Sequence record: ON529858.1
Strand: one strand, 5' to 3'
Length of the DNA stretch: 64,000 bases
Position 1 is the first letter of the stretch; every line of letters begins with the position of its first letter. Below the pieces are notes generated by a model, which was given only the letters and a program-made list of their open reading frames with translations, was not told where the DNA came from and searched no databases. Both the position numbers and the translations under genes were made by a program. Below, in pieces: positions 36,614 through 44,697 of the stretch.

Positions 36614-37774
36614 TTAGAAGCGACCGCGTCCGCGCGCCGGGGCAGCATCGCCGCCCGCGTCGTCGTCACGGCTCGAACGACGGGCCGGGCGTTCGTCTTC
36701 CGACGGCGCCGGACGGTCATCACGATCGTCACGCTCCGCCCGGCGAGCCGGGCGTTCTTCTTCATCACGCGAGGACCGGCTGTCGCGGTCATCGCGGTCG
36801 TCACGCGCCGGGCGACGGTCGTCATCCCGGTCGTCGCGAGCCGGACGACGGTCGTCATCGCGGTCATCGCGGGCCGGACGACGGTCGTCATCGCGGCTGG
36901 AGCGGTCGTCGCGGTCGTCGCGAGCCGGACGACGGTCGTCATCGCGGTCATCACGAGCAGCCGGGCGGCGCTCTTCACGGTCGTCACGCGCGGGGCGGCG
37001 ATCGTCTTCGCGGTCGTCACGGGCCGCCGGGCGGCGGTCGTCACGGTCATCGCGGGCGGCCGGACGACGGTCGTCATCGCGGCTGCGGTCCTCCAGAGCG
37101 GGAGCGCTCCGGCGGTCGTCATCGTAGGCTTCCTTGGAGTCGCCGACCAGAGCGGCCAGCTTTTCCTCGGATTCCCAGCGCACGATCTTGAACTCGGGCG
37201 CATACTTGGTGACCTTGCGGCCACCCTCGGTCTTGCCTTCGAACTCGCGCGCGGTCAGGCGCACGACCGGGACCTTGCCGGGGTTGGAGCGGAAGCCGTT
37301 GCCGAAGTCCTTCAGCAGGGCGGCGAGCGCCCGGCGCTTGGAGACGTTGTTGGCCTGGAAGACCATCTCGACGTGCGGCTCTTCCATCAGACGGAAGTCG
37401 ATCGTGTATTGCTCGACCGGGCCGTCCTCCTTGCCGTAGGGACCCTTATCGGGCAGGGCGCTCTTGGACGGCTGCGGGCCATCCTCCAGCTTCACCATCT
37501 CTTCGTGAACGACCTCGGAGTTCACCCAGATCACCCAGCCGCGCGCATAGGAGCGCGGGTTCATGGCGAACTCGGTGCCCGACCGGGCGTCGGTGTCCAG
37601 CGGATTGTCTTCGGCGCCGTAGGAGGCGGAGCCGTCGTTGCCGTCGAACTTCATGAAGGCCTTGCCGTCACCACCGCCCTTGAGGCCGGCAGCTTCCGAC
37701 GCCAGGGCGGCGAAGTAGTCATCGTTGGTGGACAGGTAGTTCCCGCCCGTGGTAGCCAGTTCGCGATTGCTCAT
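36614..37774 (-). CDS. Putative ssDNA-binding/annealing protein with a long Arg/Asp repeat tail
   Basis: Folded-looking N-terminal ~220 aa in the replication cluster, then ~150 aa of RDD/RRPA repeats ending RGRGRF; function inferred from position only. Confidence 0.55.
   Translation of the reverse strand: MSNRELATTGGNYLSTNDDYFAALASEAAGLKGGGDGKAFMKFDGNDGSASYGAEDNPLDTDARSGTEFAMNPRSYARGWVIWVNSEVVHEEMVKLEDGPQPSKSALPDKGPYGKEDGPVEQYTIDFRLMEEPHVEMVFQANNVSKRRALAALLKDFGNGFRSNPGKVPVVRLTAREFEGKTEGGRKVTKYAPEFKIVRWESEEKLAALVGDSKEAYDDDRRSAPALEDRSRDDDRRPAARDDRDDRRPAARDDREDDRRPARDDREERRPAARDDRDDDRRPARDDRDDRSSRDDDRRPARDDRDDDRRPARDDRDDDRRPARDDRDDRDSRSSRDEEERPARRAERDDRDDRPAPSEDERPARRSSRDDDAGGDAAPARGRGRF
36680..37110 (-). 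repeat. Imperfect tandem repeats encoding (RDDRDDDRRPA)n
   Basis: Visible in both DNA and translation. Confidence 0.9.
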
Positions 37775-37928
37775 CTGATCTAGGTCTTTTCTGTTTCTAG
37801 GACTGTTGGGTAGGCACGTCTTGCTTTCTCCCGGCGTCCTCGCGAGACGCCGGGAACCTAGCTAGGCTTCGTTCTGGTCTAAGCTGCTGCTGTCACTGTC
37901 ACTGTCTGACGGCTCCAGTCTGGTCGGC

Positions 37929-39044
37929 TCAGTCCGCGTCCGCTTTGGCTGGTCCTCTCTCCGAGATCGCCAGCCGGTCGTGGCCTTCGCCATCCTTCAT
38001 GAAGTCGTCCACTGGAATGCCGGCCTCGCGCATCGCCGGAACATCCAGCGTTTTGCGACCCTTGATCCAGGAGATGGAGGCCTTGATCATTCCGTCCGAA
38101 GACTTCGCGCTCTTGACCCCCGTGTCGCGGAACCACTGCTTCAGCTTCTCAGCCGTCGCTTTCTTTTCCGCTTCGGCCGCCTTCGCAGCAGACGCAGCGA
38201 CCCGCTCCGCCACCACGAGACGTTCGAACTCTGCCAGAAGGGGCGACGGCGTCGTCTTGGAGTTCGCCTCGCCCTTGGTGGGCGTCGCCTTCTGGTTTGT
38301 CTTGGCGCACACCACCTTGAAGGGGCAGTAGGTGCAGGTGCCGTCGATCTTCCCCTCGGCCATGATCGTAGCCGGGTCCTTGATCTCGAACACCGCTTCC
38401 GCGCGTTGTTGAGCGACGACGAACTCATCGTGGTTGTAGGGAACCACGAAGACTTCGATGTCGTCGAAGAAGGAACAGTCGATGTAGATGATGACCGCGT
38501 AGTTCGGCTTCCACGAGGTTTGCTTCCTCATGAGGCCCATCTGCACGATCGTCTGGCCCCTATGCACGCTCTTCTCTTCCTTGAGATTCACGCGAGGGTC
38601 GATCGACTTGATTTCGAACGCGAAGCACGCGCTCGGGTGATCCGGGTCGCCCTTGGTGCCGAGCGACGGGATGCCGTATTCCATCAGTGCGTCGTCGTCG
38701 GCGTAGATGACCAGACCATCGGGCGTCGCCGACAGGCGGCCGTCGATGAGGGTCTTCTGGTTGTCACCGCCCCAGATGAGCATCGCGTCCTTGGTCGTGT
38801 GCTCCAGGAACCACTTCGTCGCGGGCTCGACGAAGTGCTGCTCGATCAGGTCCCCGCGTTGCAAGGCGCCCCAGGACTGCTCATAGTCCGGGTCCTTCTC
38901 GGCGCCGTTCTTCTCGAACCACGCCTTGCGCAGACAGCCGAAGGCCGACGACGCACCGAGGCTCTGGGAGCGATCGTGCGCCCAAACCTTCTGATGGTTC
39001 GCGACGTATTCGTCGAAGCCGCGACGGAAGTTGATGGAGGCCAT
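37929..39044 (-). CDS. Cas4-like PD-(D/E)XK exonuclease
   Basis: CLRKAWF, TPDG, FEIKS, Q..VQMG, CTYCPFKVVC (four-Cys Fe-S staple). Confidence 0.82.
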   Translation of the reverse strand: MASINFRRGFDEYVANHQKVWAHDRSQSLGASSAFGCLRKAWFEKNGAEKDPDYEQSWGALQRGDLIEQHFVEPATKWFLEHTTKDAMLIWGGDNQKTLIDGRLSATPDGLVIYADDDALMEYGIPSLGTKGDPDHPSACFAFEIKSIDPRVNLKEEKSVHRGQTIVQMGLMRKQTSWKPNYAVIIYIDCSFFDDIEVFVVPYNHDEFVVAQQRAEAVFEIKDPATIMAEGKIDGTCTYCPFKVVCAKTNQKATPTKGEANSKTTPSPLLAEFERLVVAERVAASAAKAAEAEKKATAEKLKQWFRDTGVKSAKSSDGMIKASISWIKGRKTLDVPAMREAGIPVDDFMKDGEGHDRLAISERGPAKADAD

Positions 39045-39078
39045 TCAGGCGAACTCGGGGGCGGGGGTGGTCGGAGGG

Positions 39079-39231
39079 TTAGGCGGCGGCAGGGTTGTCG
39101 TCATCGCCGCCGGGCGGACCGGCGAGGAAGAGGATCACAAGCAGGAAGATGATGATCTCCCAGAAGACCCAGATGGCGGTCTTGATCTCAGCGGCGTGCC
39201 ACTGGCCCCAGAAGTCGATCTGCTCCCACAT
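39079..39231 (-). CDS. 50-aa single-pass membrane protein (not in ORF track)
   Basis: MWEQIDFWGQWHAAEIKTAIWVFWEIIIFLLVILFLAGPPGGDDDNPAAA*; start overlaps the upstream stop. Confidence 0.55.
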   Translation of the reverse strand: MWEQIDFWGQWHAAEIKTAIWVFWEIIIFLLVILFLAGPPGGDDDNPAAA

Positions 39232-39827
39232 CAGGCGGCGTGGGGGCGGCGGCCGGCGACGATGTCCTGGAGGGCATAGAAGCAGCGGCGGGTGGCGAGG
39301 ACATCGGAGATGGCGGTGTGAGCGCCGTCGAACTCTTCTCCGGTGAGATGCTGGTGCAGGGTCATCAGCTTGACCTTGCCTTGCGGGCGGCGCATCAGCG
39401 CGGCGCCGTTCGGCATGGTGTCGAAGATCGACTTGCCCTCGAACGGATCGAGGGTCGGCCGGCCCAGGACACGGCGCACGTTGGCGCGGACCATGTCGTT
39501 GTCGAAGCCCTTGATGTTGTGGCCGACGATCATGTCGGCGACCGCGACCATGTCGAGGAAGGCTTCAAGGGCGATCACCTCGGTCATGCCGACGCGGTCG
39601 GAGTGGGCCTTGGTGATGCCGTGGAACTTGGCGGCGCCGTCCCAGCCGTCGAGCACGACCTGGGGCAGGTCCGGGTGACGGATGATGACGTCGAGACGCA
39701 TGATCTCTTTGCCATCGGCGTCGTCGAGGACGGCGCCAAGCTGGACGATCCGGGCCTGATCTTCGTGATCAAGCGGCAGCTTCTTGTTCAGGAAGCCGGT
39801 CGTCTCGGTGTCGTAGGTGAGGATCAT
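39231..39827 (-). CDS. DEDDh 3'-5' exonuclease (DnaQ-like)
   Basis: YDTETTG, VGHNIKGFD, AHTAISDV. Confidence 0.88.
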   Translation of the reverse strand: MILTYDTETTGFLNKKLPLDHEDQARIVQLGAVLDDADGKEIMRLDVIIRHPDLPQVVLDGWDGAAKFHGITKAHSDRVGMTEVIALEAFLDMVAVADMIVGHNIKGFDNDMVRANVRRVLGRPTLDPFEGKSIFDTMPNGAALMRRPQGKVKLMTLHQHLTGEEFDGAHTAISDVLATRRCFYALQDIVAGRRPHAA

Positions 39828-39876
39828 CGGGGGCTTTCGGTCGGGGCTGATCTTGGTAACCAATCCCGTTAACTAT

Positions 39877-39902
39877 GTCAAGATTGGCGACGTAGAATGT
39901 CG
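39877..39902 (-). promoter_or_regulatory. Phage operator/promoter motif copy
   Basis: Minus strand CGACA-TTCTA-CGTCG-CCAATC-TTGACA-N17-TACCAA. Confidence 0.72.
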
Positions 39903-39910
39903 CGAAAAAC

Positions 39911-40192
39911 TTACGCCTCGGCGCAGATTTGCGAGATGCGCTGGCGGGAGACGCCATAGTCGGCGGCGATGTCGACCTGGGCGTCGCCGGCGATGAAGAA
40001 GCGCTGGCGAATGGTCTCCTTGGTCGCCTTCTTCCACGCCTTGCGAGCGACGGCGGCCTGGGGGTAGTGCAGGCGGATCATCTGGCGGAAGCCGCTCTCG
40101 GAGAGGTTGGCGACCTTGGCGCAGGCGGCGGCGTCGGTGCCGGTGGCGAAGAGTTCGGCCGCCTGATCGCGGATGGACGGGATGTCGGTCAT
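39911..40192 (-). CDS. Small HTH DNA-binding protein
   Basis: QVDIAADYGVSRQRISQI HTH and a second HTH-like N-terminal segment. Confidence 0.65.
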   Translation of the reverse strand: MTDIPSIRDQAAELFATGTDAAACAKVANLSESGFRQMIRLHYPQAAVARKAWKKATKETIRQRFFIAGDAQVDIAADYGVSRQRISQICAEA

Positions 40193-40234
40193 AGGAAGTC
40201 CTTCGCGGCACGACGGCCGCGTCACAGGGGTGGA

Positions 40235-42487
40235 TTAGTGGGTGTCGGACCAGCGCTGGCCGAACTTGACGGTCACATCGACGGGCAGGCGGAAGTCGAA
40301 GCGCTCGCCAGCGAGGCGGGCGGCCTCTTCCATGTTCTTCGAACAGATCATCCGGACGCGCGGGTCGTCGCGGACGGCGACCTGCATTTCGTCGTGGACC
40401 CACGCCAGGACCGCGAAGTCGCCGTCCCAGCCGCTCTTCAGGCCGTCTTCTTCGCAGAGTTGTTCGAACAGGACGCACCACGCCTTGGCGATCGTCGCGC
40501 CGGCGCCTTGCAGCAGCGTGTTCAGCGCCGAGTGCTTGGCCCGGACGTAGAGTTCGCGACCGTCGAGACCCAGGACGTAGCCGTGCTTCGCCATACGCTG
40601 CACGGCCTTGATGACCTGTTGCAGCGCGGGAATGCGCGTCATGATCCGGCGGCGCATTTCGGCGCCGAGAGCCTTGGCCTTCTGCGGGTAGAGCGAGACC
40701 GACGGATCGACGGTGCAGCCCAGCTTGTAGTCCTGGGCGCCGTAGATCATGGCGTAGATGAAGGTCTTGGCGAGGTCCCGGCTTTCCAGTTCCATCGCCT
40801 GCTGGTGGACGGCGTGGATGTCGCCGTTCAGCACGATCTCCCCGTAGGCGCCGCCGTCGAACTCCGCCATGAAGTGCGCCAGACAGCGCAGTTCGATACC
40901 GGCTTGGTCGGCGCCCATGAGCACCCAGCCCTCCGGCACATAGAACAGGTTCCGGCAGTCCCAGCCGTGGTCGCCCTCGCGGCCCTTCATCAGGACCTTC
41001 TTGGTCTTGACCTTGCCTTCGTCGTCCAGGATGAACTCGCCGGTCTCGGGGTCGCGGACCGGCTTGCCGAAGATTTGCTCGCCGTTCGGGCCAAGCAGCG
41101 GCGTGCCGTCCTCGTTGAACTGAGCCGGGCTCTTGAAGACGACGCGCGGGACCTGGGCGATGTTCGGGTTGGAGTGCGAGGCGCGGTTCGTGACCGTGCC
41201 GCCGACGACGATCCGGCCGTGAATCTTGCCGTCGCCGTTCCACTCTTCGCACTTGACCAGCCAGCCGTTCTTGCCGTCGACAAGCTGGCCGAGACGCTTC
41301 TTGAAGTAGAAGATTTCGGCGAGGTCTTCGCAGATCGGGATGACCAGACGGTTCGAGCCTTCCTCGCGCACCTGGGCGAGGTCGCGCAGGACCTCATCGT
41401 TCACCGACGGCGATCCGGCCTCGGTGAACTCCTGGGGCTCCCAGCCGTAGACCTTCTTCAGACGGTCGATGATCTGGGGGCGGGAGTTCGGGTTGAACTC
41501 GATCTTCTTGATGGCCGTGTAGGCGCAGCCGGCGGTGCGGTCGCCCCCGGAGACCTTGTTGTCCTTGTAGCGGATGTTCTTGGGCGGGACGGTGACCTCG
41601 CCCCAGAACTCGCGGCTCCCGTTCTCGCCGAACTCGGCACGCGGCCGGAAGCCCGGCTGGTCCTTCTCTTCCTTGCCGGTCTCGGGGTTCGTGTAGGTGG
41701 TCGAGTCGTTGACCTTCTTCCACTTCATGGGGACCCACCACGAGCCGAAGTGCTCGATGGCGGCCTCGGACAGCGCGTCCAGCGACGTCCGCAGGCTGGT
41801 CTCCAGGACGCGCGCCTGATCGCGGTCGAACGGGAAACCGTTGACCTGCACGCGCTCCATCATGTCGTGAACAAGGTGCTCCAGCTTGGTCGCGGTCTCG
41901 GACCACGGCTTCTGCTCGATCTTCGTCCAAAGCGCCTCGGTGACGGTGACGTCATTCTCGGCGTAGTCGTCCATCTCCTGATTCCACGTCGCCCAGACGT
42001 AGGTCATGATCTCTTCTTTGTCGGTCAGCCCGCGCGACTTGGCTTCCTCGATCTTGACGTCTGAATAGTCGCCCTTGGGGAAGCCGAGACGTTCGCCCCA
42101 GGCGCCGAGTTCGTGGGAGCCGATGTAGCCGCCGTAAAGCTGGCCGCGCTTCCACATCTTGAAGTCATTTTCCTTGATGTCTGCGAACAGCATCCGGGCC
42201 ATGACCATCGTGTCGCGCACGACGCCGCGCGGGTCGAAGTAGGACCCGTAGACCTTCCAGAGCGCCGGCATGTCGAAGCCGACGATGTTGTGGCCGACGA
42301 TCAGTTCGGCCTCGTTGAGCATGTCGATGCCGTCACGGATCGTGTCTTCACGATCGTTGCGACGGAAGCGCCAGACCTGACGGGTGTCGATGTCCTTGAT
42401 GACGATGATGTGGACGCGGGTCAGCTTGAGCAGCAGACCGTTCGTTTCGATGTCCCAAAGGAGGCGCCGGCCGCGAGGAATGATCAT
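40235..42487 (-). CDS. polA: Family A DNA polymerase, T7-type (3'-5' exo, thioredoxin-binding loop, Tyr at the 762-equivalent position)
   Basis: WDIETNG, GHNIVGFD, GADQAGIELR, AKTFIYAMIYGA, LNTLLQGAGA, WVHDE. Confidence 0.93.
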   Translation of the reverse strand: MIIPRGRRLLWDIETNGLLLKLTRVHIIVIKDIDTRQVWRFRRNDREDTIRDGIDMLNEAELIVGHNIVGFDMPALWKVYGSYFDPRGVVRDTMVMARMLFADIKENDFKMWKRGQLYGGYIGSHELGAWGERLGFPKGDYSDVKIEEAKSRGLTDKEEIMTYVWATWNQEMDDYAENDVTVTEALWTKIEQKPWSETATKLEHLVHDMMERVQVNGFPFDRDQARVLETSLRTSLDALSEAAIEHFGSWWVPMKWKKVNDSTTYTNPETGKEEKDQPGFRPRAEFGENGSREFWGEVTVPPKNIRYKDNKVSGGDRTAGCAYTAIKKIEFNPNSRPQIIDRLKKVYGWEPQEFTEAGSPSVNDEVLRDLAQVREEGSNRLVIPICEDLAEIFYFKKRLGQLVDGKNGWLVKCEEWNGDGKIHGRIVVGGTVTNRASHSNPNIAQVPRVVFKSPAQFNEDGTPLLGPNGEQIFGKPVRDPETGEFILDDEGKVKTKKVLMKGREGDHGWDCRNLFYVPEGWVLMGADQAGIELRCLAHFMAEFDGGAYGEIVLNGDIHAVHQQAMELESRDLAKTFIYAMIYGAQDYKLGCTVDPSVSLYPQKAKALGAEMRRRIMTRIPALQQVIKAVQRMAKHGYVLGLDGRELYVRAKHSALNTLLQGAGATIAKAWCVLFEQLCEEDGLKSGWDGDFAVLAWVHDEMQVAVRDDPRVRMICSKNMEEAARLAGERFDFRLPVDVTVKFGQRWSDTH

Positions 42488-43479
42488 GCCAGGGCCTCCT
42501 TGATGCGGGCGCCGATCCACGCCACCATCGGCACGGCCAGGGAGTTGCCGATCGCGTCATAGCGCTGCGTCGCCGACGCGCCGGGGATCAGGGTGTGGTT
42601 GTCGGGCATCCCCTGGAGGCGTTCGCACTCCAGCGGGCTCAGCTTGCGCAGGTCGCCCTCGGGGGTCAGGACCAGTCCGATCGAGCCGCCGCCGCCGGCG
42701 GTGCGCAGGCAGTTGGCGATGTCGTTGCCGACCTCGATCTGCTGGCCGCTGAAGTCGTTGATCGTGCGGCCTCGGATCGCTACACGAAGGGCGAGAGCGC
42801 CTTCTTCATCCGCGCCGATAGCGTTCGCCCGGCGCTGAGCGCGTTGCTCAAGAGAGTCGCCTTCCGCGTGTCCTTCATGAAGGATGTCGCGGGGATCGAC
42901 GCCCGAGGTTCGAGGACATGCGACAAGGACGACTCGCTTGCGAGATTGGGGGACACCGAAGTGTTGCGCGTCCAGGAGGCGCCAAGCGATGGTCCGTCGG
43001 GGGCCAGACACATAACCTGCGTCCGTCCACCCAGACCTTGGCGGCTCAAGAGGTCCGAACTCTCCGCAGAGCGCTCCCAGGAGATACCCGAAGGCGTTGT
43101 GATCATCGGTCAGTAGTCCTTCGACGTTCTCGTAGCAGAAGACCTTCGGGTCGATCTCGTCGACCAGACGGAGGCCGCCCAGGGTGAGGGCGCCGTTGGC
43201 GCCCATGATGGAGGCTTGCTTGCCCGCGACGGAGAAGTCCTGGCACGGGAAGGAGGCCCAGAAGACGTCGACCTTGTCGGCCCAGACCGTCCCGTCGATG
43301 CGGGTCAGGTCGCCGAGGTTCGGGACGTCAGGCCAGTGATGCTTGAGCACCGCGTTCGGGAAGGCCTCGATCTCGCTGTAGAAGATGGGTTCGAAGCCTT
43401 GGGGCTCCCAGGCGAGGGAGACCGCTTCGACGCCCGAGCAGACAGTGGCGAAGCGGATGGGGGCGGTGATGTCGGGCAT
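42484..43479 (-). CDS. C5-cytosine DNA methyltransferase
   Basis: VCSGVEA, FPCQDFS, YENVEG, AQHFGVPQSRKRV, ECERLQG, GNS. Confidence 0.9.
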   Translation of the reverse strand: MPDITAPIRFATVCSGVEAVSLAWEPQGFEPIFYSEIEAFPNAVLKHHWPDVPNLGDLTRIDGTVWADKVDVFWASFPCQDFSVAGKQASIMGANGALTLGGLRLVDEIDPKVFCYENVEGLLTDDHNAFGYLLGALCGEFGPLEPPRSGWTDAGYVSGPRRTIAWRLLDAQHFGVPQSRKRVVLVACPRTSGVDPRDILHEGHAEGDSLEQRAQRRANAIGADEEGALALRVAIRGRTINDFSGQQIEVGNDIANCLRTAGGGGSIGLVLTPEGDLRKLSPLECERLQGMPDNHTLIPGASATQRYDAIGNSLAVPMVAWIGARIKEALA

Positions 43480-43485
43480 GAATCT

Positions 43486-43514
43486 TGGTTAACCTACGTC
43501 GTGAATCCTGTCAA
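43486..43514 (-). promoter_or_regulatory. sigma70-type promoter with a motif half-site in the spacer; predicts a leaderless mRNA
   Basis: TTGACA-N17-TAACCA with ATG 7 nt downstream. Confidence 0.6.
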
Positions 43515-43535
43515 GAAATGTCGTCAGAGACGACG

Positions 43536-44282
43536 TCAGGGACGTTGCAGGTTCTTGCGTTCAGCCGCCGTCAGGACACGCGGGCAGGGCAGATCGCCCT
43601 TCCAGACCTTGTCGGCCAGACGCACGAGTTCCTTCGCCAGGAGGCGCTTGCCCTCGGGTCCGACCCAGGCGTTCAGTTCGGACGGCCAGCGGGCGGGGCG
43701 GCCGAAGAAGTGGATCGCCTGCGGGTTGGTCCACAGGTCGGTCGCGAACTCGGCGGCGTATTGTTGGTTGATCGCATAGGCGTGGTCGCCAAGCTGGCCG
43801 GCGCCTTCATGATCGTGGTAGCCCAGGCCGATCCTGATCTTGTTGATGCCGCTGTCGTAGGCGAGCCAGAACAGTCGGCCGTCGCCCAGGGACGCGATCT
43901 TGATGTCCCAATCCATCGGGTGGCCCCAGGCTTCGAAGTGCATGGCGCGCAGGGCTTCAGCGACCTTCTGGGCGATCTGGGGGCTCTGCTCGATCACGGC
44001 GCCCAAGACCTTTTCCTGGGCCGCGAAGGTCAGCGTCTCGCAATCCAGGAAGAGGGCTGCGAGGCGTCCGGTCTTGACGGCGAAGCCCGACATCTCGATC
44101 CCGTCCGCCATCTCGTCGCAGACCAGTTGATGGACCTTGGCGCCGTCGACGTGGGTCAACTGGAGGCCATTGGCGCTCTCGTGGCCGACCCCGATCTGGA
44201 TGTAGTTCGCGGCGTCCGGGTGCATCAGGTAGATGAAGGCGCCGGACGGTTGGGACTGGATGGGGATGCGCTTGTAGAGCAT
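43536..44282 (-). CDS. Hypothetical protein
   Basis: 248-aa ORF with phage codon bias. Confidence 0.65.
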   Translation of the reverse strand: MLYKRIPIQSQPSGAFIYLMHPDAANYIQIGVGHESANGLQLTHVDGAKVHQLVCDEMADGIEMSGFAVKTGRLAALFLDCETLTFAAQEKVLGAVIEQSPQIAQKVAEALRAMHFEAWGHPMDWDIKIASLGDGRLFWLAYDSGINKIRIGLGYHDHEGAGQLGDHAYAINQQYAAEFATDLWTNPQAIHFFGRPARWPSELNAWVGPEGKRLLAKELVRLADKVWKGDLPCPRVLTAAERKNLQRP

Positions 44283-44338
44283 GGGTCTCTTCGGACGGGG
44301 GTGACGGGCCGCACCCGGTGATGCGGCCCGGAAGGCGC

Positions 44339-44662
44339 TTAGGCTTGAGCGGCGGAACGGGCCTGCTCGGCGAGCGCGGCGGCGGCTTCGTCGCCCTTGA
44401 CGCTCAGGATCGTCACGCCCAGGCCGCGCAGGGCGTCGGCGCGACGTGCGGCAGCACGGAGCGTGGCGCGGATGGTTTCGAGTTCGGTGGCGGCGGCCGT
44501 GCCGATCTCACCACGCACGGCGGTGTGCTTCTTGTCGGCGGCCTGGACGCTGATCTCGTGGTCGGCGTCGGCCGCCGTCTTCAGGGCGATCAGCTTCTCG
44601 GCGGTGGTGCGCGGCTGGAACTTGTTGGCGAGCCGGGCGGCGACGGTGCGGGGCGTGAACAT
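44339..44662 (-). CDS. Hypothetical Ala-rich helical protein
   Basis: MFTPRTVAARLANKF...; RBS GGA upstream. Confidence 0.6.
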   Translation of the reverse strand: MFTPRTVAARLANKFQPRTTAEKLIALKTAADADHEISVQAADKKHTAVRGEIGTAAATELETIRATLRAAARRADALRGLGVTILSVKGDEAAAALAEQARSAAQA

Positions 44663-44697
44663 CGGGGGTTTCCTTGTTGATGTCGGGTGGGAGAGGC

